Source: Dipteris shenzhenensis (Eukaryota). From it: a stretch of DNA of 64,000 nucleotides. Location: NCBI GenBank assembly GCA_047967505.1, contig CM106538.1, one strand, 5' to 3'. A model generated the notes under the pieces. It searched no databases and had not been told where the DNA came from. It saw nothing but the letters and a program-made list of their open reading frames with translations. Position numbers and translations under genes: made by a program. Below, in pieces: positions 23,862 through 35,260 of the stretch (the stretch's first letter is position 1; the number at the start of each line of letters is the position of its first letter).

Positions 23862-26420
23862 ATGACGATGCAAAACCTATTCTGCAAGATCGGCCGTTTA
23901 ACTGAGGCACTAGACTTTCTGAATGATACGAACGGACAGGGTTTGAAGGGTTACTCTTATGCTTACCTTTTACAGGGGTGTATCAAGCTGAAAGCATTAG
24001 TTGAGGGCAAGCGCCTTCATGCTTATATAACTATAAGCGGACTCGAGCAAGACACATTCATTGGGAGCACCCTTATCAGAATGTATGTCCAATGTGGAAG
24101 TCTGATAGATGCACGCCACGTGTTTGACCAGATGCGCACACGTAATTGTTTCACTTGGAATGCTATAATTGCAGCGTACTGTGAATGTGGCCATTGTAAT
24201 GAAGCTTTGCAGCTCTTTTACATGATGCAAAAAACTGAATTAAAGCCAAACAAATTCATCATCACAAGTGTCCTCAAAGCCTGTGCCAGCCTTACCATAC
24301 TTAAAGAGGGCAAAAGAGTTCATGCATATATCACTCAAAGTGGTATTGAACTGGATGCAATTGTGGAGGCTGCCCTTGTTCACATGTATATCAAATGTGG
24401 ACATGGTGATGAAGCTTTAAAACTGTTGTACAAGATGCAAGCAGCTAATGTGAAATTGGACAAGGTCACTATTATAAGTATCCTCAAAGCCTGTGCAAGC
24501 CTCAAAGTCCTCGAAGAAGGCAAAAGAGTTCATGCATATGTCATTGAAGCTGGAATTGAGTCCAATCCGTGTTTGGAGGCTGCCCTTGTTAACATGTATG
24601 TCAAGTGTGGAAGCCTGGAAAGTGCACACACTGTGTTTGACAAAATGTCTGAACCAACTGTTGTCTCATGGACTGCCATGATAGCAGGGTATGCACATGG
24701 TGGCTGTTTCAACGAGGCTCTAATACTTTTCCAGGAGATGAGACTGAAATCTGTCGAGCCGGATGTGGCCTCCTGGAATGCAATTATTGCAGGGTATGGC
24801 CAGCATGGGTGTAATTCAACAGCTCTCAAGATTTTTGAGCAAATGCAACAAGAAGGCTTCAAGCCAAATGTGGTTTCATGGAATGCAATGATTGCTGGAT
24901 ATGCTCAGCATGGCTGCATGCAGGATGCTCTCAAACTCTTCAAGCAAATGCAATGGGAAGGCATAAAACCAGATGTGGTCACTTGGACTGTGATGATTAG
25001 AGGGCACACCCAACATGGGCACGTTGAAGAGGCTCTTAAACTTTTTGTACAGATGCAACAGGGAGGTATCAAACCGGATGTGAAATCATGGACTGCAATA
25101 ATCTCAGATTTTACTCATCTGGGACGAGATGAGCAAGCTCTTGCACTTTTTCAACAAATGGAACAGGCAGGTCTAAAACCAAACGCAATCTCATGGAACA
25201 CAATGATAGCAGGGTATTCACAGCATGGGCGCTTTAATGATGCCCTTGGATTTCTTCAAAAAATGCAGCAACAGGGCGTAAAGCCTGACGTGATATCTTG
25301 GAATGCAATAATTGCAGGGTATATGCAGCATGGACATGGAGAGAAGGCTCTTCAATTATTTTCCCAAATGCAAGTTGAAGGCATCAAACCAGATGTGTCC
25401 TCTTGGAATGCAATCATTGCAGGGTATGTGCATCAAGGTTGTGCTGGGGAAGCTATTGCACTTTTCAAGCAGATGCAACAGAGAGCTGTCAAGCCAAATA
25501 GTATGACTTTCACTAGCATTCTCAGTGCATGCGCCAGTGTGTTGGCCTTAACATATGGCAAGGGGGTCCACACTCAAATAATAGAGATTGGGTTTGAATC
25601 AGTGTGTTGTATAGGAACTGCCCTTGTTGACATGTATGCGAAATGTGGTGATCTACGGAATGCATGGTTGATTTTTGAGAATTTGATCGGTTGTGATGTT
25701 GTTTCATGGACGGCAATGATTGCAGGCTATGCCATGCATGGGTATGGAAAGGAGGCTCTTCATCTTCTTCACAAAATGAAACAGAAACGATTGAAGCCGA
25801 ACCATGTTACATTTACCACTATTCTTTCTGCTTGCAGCCATGCAGGCTTAATGGATGAAGGCCACCATTGCTTTCATTCCATTAGCCAAGATTTTGGTAT
25901 GATACCGACCAAAGAACACTATGCTTGCATGGTGGATCTACTTGGCCGTGCAGGGCACCTAAGTGAGGCAGTGACATACATCGACAATATGCCCATGCAA
26001 CCTCACCCTGCACTGTGGACAGCTTTACTTGGTGCCTGCAGAATACATGGCAATGTTGAGCTGGCAGAACAGGCAGCGCAATATGCTATCAACTTAGAGC
26101 CATGGAATGCGTCTCTTTATGTGCAGTTGTGGAATATTTATGCAGTAACGGGCAGGAGGGAAGGGAAAATGAAGCTAAGGCAGGAAATGAACGAAAAAGG
26201 CATCAAGTGTTTATTGAGGCCTGAGCACCTTGAAATTAATTGTAAAGAGCAAGGACTTGTGATCGTGGACAAAGGTCACAGTCAGGCCATGGGGATCTAT
26301 GAGACATTCGAGGGCTTGGATAGTGAGATAATGGCAGCTTGGTGTATGCATAAGACAGGTAGCATGCTGCCTGGCATGGATGATGCAGAGGTAGAACAGT
26401 CACTTTTGTGGTCACATTGA
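23862..26420 (+). CDS. PLS-class pentatricopeptide repeat protein with E1/E2 domains and a truncated DYW (organelle RNA-editing factor family)
   Basis: 852-aa intronless ORF. L-S-P motifs, eight consecutive P motifs (xPDVxSWNAxIAGY), P2-L2-S2 (EHYACMVDLLGRAG), E domain (WTALLGACRIHGNVELAE). It stops at LLWSH*. Confidence 0.93.
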   Translation: MTMQNLFCKIGRLTEALDFLNDTNGQGLKGYSYAYLLQGCIKLKALVEGKRLHAYITISGLEQDTFIGSTLIRMYVQCGSLIDARHVFDQMRTRNCFTWNAIIAAYCECGHCNEALQLFYMMQKTELKPNKFIITSVLKACASLTILKEGKRVHAYITQSGIELDAIVEAALVHMYIKCGHGDEALKLLYKMQAANVKLDKVTIISILKACASLKVLEEGKRVHAYVIEAGIESNPCLEAALVNMYVKCGSLESAHTVFDKMSEPTVVSWTAMIAGYAHGGCFNEALILFQEMRLKSVEPDVASWNAIIAGYGQHGCNSTALKIFEQMQQEGFKPNVVSWNAMIAGYAQHGCMQDALKLFKQMQWEGIKPDVVTWTVMIRGHTQHGHVEEALKLFVQMQQGGIKPDVKSWTAIISDFTHLGRDEQALALFQQMEQAGLKPNAISWNTMIAGYSQHGRFNDALGFLQKMQQQGVKPDVISWNAIIAGYMQHGHGEKALQLFSQMQVEGIKPDVSSWNAIIAGYVHQGCAGEAIALFKQMQQRAVKPNSMTFTSILSACASVLALTYGKGVHTQIIEIGFESVCCIGTALVDMYAKCGDLRNAWLIFENLIGCDVVSWTAMIAGYAMHGYGKEALHLLHKMKQKRLKPNHVTFTTILSACSHAGLMDEGHHCFHSISQDFGMIPTKEHYACMVDLLGRAGHLSEAVTYIDNMPMQPHPALWTALLGACRIHGNVELAEQAAQYAINLEPWNASLYVQLWNIYAVTGRREGKMKLRQEMNEKGIKCLLRPEHLEINCKEQGLVIVDKGHSQAMGIYETFEGLDSEIMAAWCMHKTGSMLPGMDDAEVEQSLLWSH

Positions 26421-26593
26421 GAAGCTGGCATTGCATTTGGGTCAATAAAACACACCTTCAGAGATCGCTTTTCGTATTGTTAAGGACCATTGGGTTTCCT
26501 TCTATTGCCGTAAAGCCACCACATACAGTACCAAACAGTTTGATGTGTGCTAATCACATTCATGGATGGGGCTTGTTCATGTAAGGATCCTTA
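26418..26593 (+). pseudogene. Frameshifted remnant of the DYW deaminase domain
   Basis: Across frameshifts it reads EKLA/IAFGSIK..PSEIAFRIVKDHWVSFYCRKAT...FMDGACSCKDP*, versus the consensus HSEKLAIAFG...RIVKNLRVCxDCHxAxK...FxDGxCSCxDYW. Confidence 0.85.
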
Positions 26594-27503
26594 ATGAGAT
26601 GGATGGAACTGGCAACAGTGTGGATGGACTGATTGTGAAAGTTCTAGAATCACTTAGTTATGTACACATCGTTCAGGTTATTGTAATGCCAGATTCTGTG
26701 TGTGAAGTATAAAACTTTTCACTTATGATACAAAGAAATATATAATTGGTTTCATGGTGCTCAGGCCCCAAGAAACACTCAATTCGTGTTTTTGGCCTGC
26801 CCTGCCCTCAATGGGGAAGGCCTTAGGGAACGTTTGGAGCTGAAAGAGAAAATAGACAATTTTTGTAAAATTGTGTGTTCTTGTAACATTCTCGTTCCTT
26901 CAATTTTAGTTGATATTTGTGATTGGTCGCTGGAAGGAGTTGCCATTTGCTGATTTGTCCTGCAGTGCACGTTCGCGCTTCAATTGAGTGTTGAAGACTG
27001 ACGCAGACTGACACACCTCCTTAATCCCTTCGTGTATGACTTTTTTGCCGGAGATGTGTGAGTTTTGCATTGTAGTAGTCACTCACGGTCATTTTCTAGT
27101 CTGGGGTGTCGTTTGGTATTGTGTTAACATCACTTGAGCGTGAAGTCTTATGAGGGTGTGTCATTTGGAGTGGATTGGCATGTGACTCTTTCAAGATTTT
27201 GACGCCATCAGATATTCGGTGGTCTTACAAATGCAACCAAAGGTATGTTTGCCCTTCTTGTGGAGAGCTTGGCGGTGGCCCGATGCTTTCTCCTCTGCTC
27301 GATAAAAAGACGGTAATAGTGCAAATAACGGTACTTGAACGGTGGCTACATGAGCTATTTCGGAGGAAAATGTATATCTAGCATGTCTAGAAGAAGCCGA
27401 TTAAAAGGAGGAAGTTTGATTTCTAAGAGCAAGCACCAAGAGCGGGAGAATGGGATGAAGGAGCAAAATGTGTTGGGGAAGACAAAAGGATTCCATAGAC
27501 TTA

Positions 27504-27904
27504 CGAGCTTAGCACATGGGAAGAAATAGGATGGGAATGGGAAAAGGTGGTCTCGAGTGGTCCCATGCATATTTCTATCCTATTCCCATCCCACCATGTG
27601 CTAACCAAAAAAGAACTAGGGATGGGTTTAGGAGGAAGAGGACACATGGCATCATTTCATGTGTTTAAGAGGTGGGGACCTTGTGGGGACGAGGACACAT
27701 GTCATCCTTCCATGTTTTTGAATCCCTAAAAAAGGGGAACCCATTCTGGCTGCCAAGGTCTAGAGGCCATGGTCCAGGATCGGAGAAAAAGTGGCTACTC
27801 CCATTCTAAATCCATCCTAGACCACTTGGTGTAGGATGGGAGTAATGATGATAAAAATATTACCATCCTAAACCCATGCTAGCCCCATCCATGTGCTAAG
27901 GCCC
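27504..27904. mobile_element. PIF/Harbinger (Tourist-like) MITE, ~400 bp
   Basis: Imperfect TIRs CGAGCTTAGCACATGG / CCATGTGCTAAGGCCC, flanked on both sides by TTA (27501-27503, 27905-27907). Confidence 0.75.
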
Positions 27905-29318
27905 TTACAGCCTCGCTAGCGCAGGGGCACAAAAGAGAGCTTGTTGCCGTTGCAATGTCAAGGTGCAGCATAAAAACAATCAAAACACACGGTGGACAAA
28001 TTGGCGATTCTGATTCCCAAGCCAAAGTTTCAATGCTTTGTGTGTTACGACTTGATAAACATGCCCTTTCGTTTCAAGCGACCTCTTGCTCCAACAATTA
28101 TTACTAGAAGTTTGCAACCAAAAACCTCTCTAATATCCAGCACAATAAATGCATCTTCCCTTTACCTTGACACACATCCTTCATTTTTTTTGGGCAGGGC
28201 CAAAAAGAGGAAAGGAATATTTTGTGAAAGGTTGTCTTCCGGCAACAAGATGATGAAAAGTCACTCATACTAGTGCGGGCAGGGCGACCAAGGATTGTGG
28301 CAGTGAGGCAATAGCAATGAGCTAACTACTCTCCTCTTCCTTGTATACCCTGCCATGGGTCGTAGGAATTGGTCGAGCTTTTTGGGATCAAAGTATCAAA
28401 CGGTTGGTTAGGTAGTCTTAGCGATGGATGAGGTTAGTTTTAGGGCTAGGTTCAATACTTGTGAAGCTTTTTGCAAGGTCTGCTCTGCACCACCTTGTGT
28501 TTAAGCTATGTGAAGCTTTTTGCAAACAAAAGGTATGTGAAGCTTTTTGCAAGGTTTGTTGTGTGCCACCTTTTGTTTAAGTTATGTGGCCTCCAAAGCA
28601 TGATGAACCTGTCAATAGATGATGCACACAATTGACGGGCATTAAGCTCACTCGTTACATTTGTTATGGGGATCGAGGGGTATGACCGATATATTGAGTT
28701 GGGAGGTTGGAGGTGGGGAGAGCTTCATTGCTCTTGCCCAATTCCTCTTGTTGGGTGGTTGCTAGTTGATATGCTTGATACGCTCCTCTATTGAGTCCTT
28801 GAATGAAGGGCTTCAACAGGAGAGGAAGTTGAAGCTAAACGAAGGGACGAGCCGAAGGAAGGGCACCAGCAAACGAGTGTACGTCAACAAACAGAGAGTC
28901 TAGAGTAATGAGTGATCCATGTGCTTAGGTCAACATTATATGGACCGAACCTAGATAGTACTATTGCTGGAAGGATTGTGGCACTCCTGCGGAGACTTGT
29001 TGAGCCAGGAGTCTCCATTAGATGCATGCATCTGATCGGCTAGTCCATTTTGGACTACTTAAGTCATACTGTTTTTGCTTATACTAGGCCAGTTCTGCGG
29101 CCCCATTCAATGCAATTTCGACTAAGGTAGTCATGTGTGGGACTCTGCTCTAATGGTAGCTACCCCATTGACAGGTAGGTGCGACCAAATGTAAATGCGA
29201 GCAAGTGGTACCCAGCATGCCCAAAGAAATTTCAATCATTGCATGTCTTGAGAGTCGAGCAAATTCTTGCAAGAATTCAAAATTATGAGTAAATGAGAAA
29301 AATCAAAGCAAAAGTAGT

Positions 29319-29424
29319 GTAGTAAGCAAAGCTACACATGTGTTCTCATTAGTGTCCAAGCATAATTTGCCATCTAGGTCTTGAAAGATTCTGAAATCTC
29401 TTTGATACACCCAATGTTTACTAA
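29319..29424 (-). ncRNA. Degenerate permuted hammerhead-like motif (copy C)
   Basis: Aligns to copies A and B. Core mutated (CUAAUGA; AAGA in place of GAAA; GUG triplet). Confidence 0.5.
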
Positions 29425-29521
29425 GCTTTTAAATCCCAACCCAACAACAAAGACTTCAATGGCAAAAAGGAAGAAACAAAGTAGAAAATACGAAAAGAAA
29501 ATATGGTCTGCACACACATGC

Positions 29522-29572
<51 letters not shown>

Positions 29573-30120
29573 AGGTTAAATTAAAAAACAAAAGGAACAA
29601 TAATGCAAACACAAGGATACAAAGATAAATGAATGCCTATATAAGAAAACAAAATGAAACCCCAACACAAACACAAGGGGACTGTTATTATCGTTATTTC
29701 TAAATAGTTATTTATTTACTTTAATCTTAAATTTTTTAAAAATAAATAATAAGAGGGGGGGAAGTAAAACTAAATAGATACCTCAGAGTGGATGACCTTC
29801 AAAAATAAAACAAACCTAAGAACTAACATGAAAATGGGCTTTAAATCTCCCCAATCTAGATTTTGATTCTATGTTCAAGGATCCTGAAGATAAATAACTA
29901 AATTGAGAGATAATGGCACTCTTACTTGGGCAAAGACAAGAGAATCTATAGAACTAGGAATGCAATCACTCCATATTTAGCCATATCAAAGATGTTGGAG
30001 TCAATGTGAGGCATTTGTATGATATTCAACACAAATACTCAAGTTTTTGTGTTTGTCATAGCTATTTGTTTCTTCCTTTTTACTATTGAAGTTTTTGTTG
30101 TTGGGTTGGGATTTAAAAGC

Positions 30121-30225
30121 TTAGTAAACATTGGGTGTATCAAAGAGATTTCAGAATCTTTCAAAACCTAGATGGCAACTTATGCTCGGGTACTGATGAG
30201 AACACAAGTGTAGCTTTGCTTACAA
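30121..30225 (+). ncRNA. Degenerate permuted hammerhead-like motif (copy B)
   Basis: CTGATGA at 30193-30199. Same helix layout as copy A. AAAA in place of GAAA and a GUG triplet, so probably inactive. Confidence 0.55.
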
Positions 30226-30388
30226 CCTTACTTTTGATTTAATTTTTTTATTTACTCATAATTTTGTTTAAAGTCACTTATTAAATCGCTTCTTTCCTTT
30301 GTTCTTTTCTTATTTTATAAAAAATTTAATTTGAAAGATCGGATATATTCTCTGTGTGTGTGTACATACATACATATATACATATGTA

Positions 30389-30419
<31 letters not shown>

Positions 30420-30479
30420 CTCTTTGGGAATGTTCCTGGATTCATCTAGGTATATACGCATATACATACCTATGTACAT

Positions 30480-31080
30480 AGTTTTGTGAAGAAGTGTTTT
30501 GAGCATCTTATTTGTGGCTTTCTGTTGACCATTTGCCCTTGGGTAATATGTCGCATATTTCTTGTGTTGAATCAGAAATAGCCAAGATGATGAATTGAAT
30601 TGAATCCCTTGATTCAACATGATTTTAATGAGGCATCCGAATCTGCAGATGATAAAGAGCATGCCAACCTCCTTAGAGATTTTTTTAGCCCGAAGCCTCC
30701 ATCACTGAAACCATGTGATTTTGAATTTTTACATCGATCATGGGTAATTTGTCACAGATTGATGTTTCAATTACTTCTACCCTTGTGGTCAATGGCTCTG
30801 CATGTTGTTCATTGATTGAGGGAATTTGGATGAATTTTGTGCAACGTGGAGTGAGGTTCAACAATTCCCTGATGGAATTCATCAAGTTCTTAATTTCCAT
30901 AATCTGCTCCAAACATGCCTGGTTATAATTTGTCTCCTCCGTGCTTCGTGAGGACTTGGCGGTTCCCTTATGTCAAGAGGAAACTCTTTTTGCTTGTGTG
31001 CACGATTGATTTTCTTGTGCCATCTTTTCTTCTTTCCAACGTATCCTTAGCTCGTTTGGCTTCTTCGAAGTCATCTAGTA
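30480..31080 (-). mobile_element. Ty3/gypsy fragments (protease-like and integrase pieces)
   Basis: IQHKKYATYYPRANGQQKATNKMLKTLL (integrase PYYPQ.NGQ.E.TN motif). DGGFGL..IS resembles a gypsy protease DGGS motif. Confidence 0.6.
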
Positions 31081-31264
31081 GTTTCTTAGATCTTAGCATT
31101 ACTCAAACTTCTTTAGGTTTAGAAGTGACCTTGGCCTGTGGGTCCTGAAGTGCAAGTGGAAGCAATGTCTCTCTAGTCGAGCCAGGGAAGCGTAACCTCT
31201 ACTCAGGCGGGCCTGCATTGCCGGTCTCATCGTGAAGATACATCCTGAAAACAAAACCCCCAAA

Positions 31265-31930
31265 GTATATTTAGCCATATCAAAGATACTTGAGTCAATG
31301 TGAAGCATTTGTATGATATTCAACACAAATACTCAAGTTTTTGTTGTTTATCATAGTCATCAACTTCTAAACCTAAAGAAGTTTGAGAAATGCTAAGATC
31401 CAAGAAATTACAACAGCTTCCAATAGCTATAACCACGAGCTATACAATTAAATTCACAAACTCTTGAATGTAAATTCCTCCACCGAAAGAATTTGGACTT
31501 TGTACATAAAACACTTAAAGTTTGGAACACCTAGGACAAATAAGTCATAAATGAATCTCCGAACTTGACTAAGTTTATGAAAATATCTCACAAGAGATTA
31601 ATCATTGGATAAACTCAAATTCGTAAGTAAAAAGATAGAAGTTTGCTAAGAAAACATCACAATTGGTGCCATTAGAATACCAGTGCTTTCTTGGAATAAA
31701 GAATCTCTCGAGTTGTAAAGAAACTATCTAAGTTTATCCAACAAAGGATATCTTCAACATCTATAACTTTTATGCATCTTTTATTTGTCAGATTAAGGTT
31801 TTTCTTTTCAGATTTCATCCAATAAAAACAAAATGGATGGCTGACTTTTCCACTCTTAACACTTTTCATCTACCTTTTCATATACGTAATTGAAAATGTA
31901 TGAAATAAGCTTTCCTACTCATGACTTTAG
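31265..31930 (-). mobile_element. Third Penelope-like RT fragment, heavily decayed
   Basis: KVIDVEDILCWIN, RRFIYDLFVLGVPNF, FLDLSI, IIQMLHIDSSIFDMAKY are collinear with the RT at 38412-39327. Confidence 0.8.
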
Positions 31931-32156
31931 ACCCTCCAAATCACATGCACCAAGCAAGATTGGGGTGCACGCGCGTGCACATACACACACACACATATGT
32001 GTGTGTGAGAGTGTGAATATGTATATGTATATGTATATGTGCACACACACAGAGCATATCCCCCCTCCCACACACACACAGAGTATCATCCACAAAAGAC
32101 TTCACGGGTCTATGAGACGAAGTACAAACAACCAAAATGCGACTTAACCAAAGAAT

Positions 32157-35100
32157 TGTTGAGAGCTGTGGTGCCATGAGCACATAGATTAAAGGCTAAG
32201 GTATGGTATAGGAAAGAATCAAAGTAGCCACCCTAGGATGTGGACTACATGATGTGGAGATGTGGATTGAGGATATCCACAAGGAGAGATGTGGATTAGA
32301 GAATCTCACATGTGTTGACTATTCAAAGGGCACTCTCTATATAAGAGGCCTATCATGTATTGTTGAGTACAAGGAAGAAATGCACATTCACTCAAGATTT
32401 TGTTTATGAGTCTAAGCTAATCTATCTTGGAACCTAATTGACTTGAGGTACATGTCATAGGCACTCTCTTCATCATGTTTCCACACAGGTTCCATCCACC
32501 TTAGAGAGCTCCTTAGATCCTGAGGCACACATGTTTTCTCATAGTATCAAAGCATAGATTTAGCTCTTCTAGTTTAGCTCATTAGTAGTTTACTAGGATT
32601 GCTCCCATTCCTAGATTAGTTGTAGGTGCGCCTTAGGAACTCATGAGTTCTCCTAGGTTAGTTTTAGTTTTAGATTGAGAGTTCTCTTCCTCTAAGCGAA
32701 TCTTAGTTCATTTGAGATATTTTCGTTCATGTGAGAGAAAGAGAGAATTAGTTTGAGTTCTTATTTATTTAGTAAGAGATAGAGAGAGATCTCATTTCTT
32801 TGAAAGAGAGGATATGTATCTCTAAGATTGAAAGGAAGCTAACAGATTGATAGACATCTTGAGGTAACATCGTGAGCTCAAGGAGACGAGATTGAGAGAA
32901 GAAAACATCTTAGGAGCAAAGATAGAGAAGGAGATAGAATTCAACATATTTCCATGTCCAATCGATGCAGTTTTCTGCCGCAACTATGATTAATGGAGCT
33001 TGTCCATGGTAGCAAAGCATTTGGATTGTAGCAATGGAATTGGGGAGTAGCGTGCCACTGATTGGTCCGGGGACTCCTTACTCTCCTCAGGCTGGGAGTC
33101 ATCTATGTTGTCACATCGCAAGCAGTAAATCTTAAGCTCTCAATCCTCCAACGTAGGAACTCCCAGCTCTTTTTGACAGCCTCCACTTTGCCAAATTTCC
33201 ACCATCAAAGATGGACAGCCTACATTGTTCAATCGCTCCAAAGCCTCAACCCAAAGCTTTGCCTCCAAAGCTTCGACTACCACAACCCAAGAGCCCGTAA
33301 CTCAAAGTGCACCTTCAATAAGCATCGGGCCTCCACTAGCGGCGACAATAGTGGCTCTCCTTGTTCAACGATCCACTTTGGCTCAACCTCCTCACGAGCT
33401 CAAGACCAACTCTCAATGGCTCCTCCAGTCAACAAAGCTACTTTGTAGTAGAGAGCTCCTAGTCTCCAAATGTCGCCATCAACTACCATCAACGCATCTC
33501 AGTGTCCGTCCCCTAATGTCTATGATAGGAATATGGATTAGAACAAAGGGATGAATGTAACCAATATTAGATTCTTGGGGAAGCGATATTTTGTTTTTCT
33601 CTTTGATAGGCCAAATATGGTAGTTAAGACACTTCGATAAGGCCTTTGGACTATCAAAAGCTAACCTCTTTACCTAGAACGGTGGTCTGAGGAATTCTCA
33701 CCAAACAACCATAGGTCAACTAAGACCATGGTTTGGGTTGAACTCCCTCATCTTCAGAACGTCGCAGTTGCTCCTTTAGTTTCAACGGGCTGTATACGAG
33801 CTACAGCGTCCTCTCCAACAAGGTCATCACCAGCGCACACAGCAGCGCACATAGCAACGCACAATAGCAACAGCAACGCCATAGCCTCTTCACGGCACCC
33901 CAGTTGAGCCGACAACCAAGGCTTCTACAAGCTCACAACCAACGAAGTTTCAACATCTAACACAACCCACTCCATCGACAAGCTCGACAACAACGCCCAC
34001 GCTTGCTCCAAGAACCTTCAATGAGTCATCGACGATCAACCGGCTCCTTCACGTCGCTCAGACCTTACTGAGAAGAATACCTTACCTCAGAAATCTAAGG
34101 TTCCACCAAAAAATGACACGTGGCAGATAGATTTGAACTTAGTCAAGTTACAACCATGGTTAGGTTTTTAAATGCCACATCATCATAGTGCCACATAAGC
34201 ATGCACAGTCAGTAGTGCCACCTAAGCACATAGCCCCTGCCAAGCACAATTTGAAATTCAGCATATGAATCCTTGTGCCACATCATCAAAGGCCATCTCT
34301 TCTTCATAGAAACTTTAACAAGGCATAACTTGCAATCCAAGAGGAATTTGCATACTCTCCAAAAAGGAAAAGTAATCGTCTTTTCGAGCTCTATGCGCCT
34401 ATCAAGTCAGAATCATTGTTAGCAATTAGACACTGCCAATATTGAAAGAAATCAATTAAAAAGACCTTTGCAACAAATGAAAAATCAAAGCATAAATGCA
34501 CACATCACTGTCATAAGCATGCTAGAAGCACAAGTGCATGAGATGACCATAGCACAGAACATGACATCCACACATAAAGCATTAAGGTACATGGTAGAAC
34601 AAAGCATCATGCATCATGCTACATCAAGCAAAGAAGAGAATGCCATCGACATCAAGCATTAAGAAGCAACAACCTTGCCACCTTCAGTCACACATTTGTA
34701 AATCAAACCTGACCACCTGAGAATAGCCATGTAAGCATCCAGGGAAGGATTTGATCTTGTAATACTCACACTTGATCACCTTAAGTAGCAATGTATGCAC
34801 TAAGAGGAGATGATAAGATGTAACTCACATTTGACCACCTTGCAGTAGCCAAAGGATCATGGCACCAAGGGAAGGTGTTGAGAGTTGTGGTACCATGAGC
34901 ACATAGATTAAAGGCCAAGGTATGGTATAGGAAAGAATCAAAGTAGTCACCCTAGGATGTGGACTACATGATGTGGAGATGTGGATTGAGAATATCCAGA
35001 AGGAGAGATGTGGATCAAAGGATCCCACATGTGTTGACTATTCAAAGGGCACTCTCTATATAAGAGGCCTATCATGTATTGTTGAGTACAAGGAAGAAAT

Positions 35101-35260
35101 GCACATTCACTCAAGATTCTGTTTATGAGTCCAAGCTAATCTATCTTGGAACCTAATTGACTTGAGGTACATGTCATGAGCACTCTCTTCATCATGTTTC
35201 CACACAAGTTCCATCCACCTTAGAGAGCTCCTTAGATCCTGAGGCACACATGTTTTCTCA
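32157..35260 (+). mobile_element. Non-autonomous LTR retrotransposon (LARD/large-TRIM-like), 385-bp LTRs, TSD AGAAT
   Basis: LTRs 32157-32541 and 34876-35260 (TG..CA, ~15 mismatches by eye). PBS TAGTATCAAAGC 32542-32553, PPT 34867-34875, AGAAT at 32152-32156 and 35261-35265. No gag/pol recognisable inside. Confidence 0.95.

Larger units (their letters stand above)
29278..30265 (-). mobile_element. 5'-truncated Penelope-like element with inverted terminal (pLTR) copies
   Basis: ~200-bp inverted repeats at 29278-29480 and 30064-30265. The interval 29830-30060 encodes on the minus strand IIQMPHIDSNIFDMAKYGVIAF*FYRFSCLC, homologous to the C-terminus of the RT at 38412-38729. Confidence 0.8.

Noticed and set aside
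26560-26593. DYW:KP (U-to-C) editing domain suggested by the ending CSCKDP
   Set aside because: The region retains the D..H.Q...IY segment typical of canonical DYW and shows no KP box. The ending is more simply decay of xDYW.
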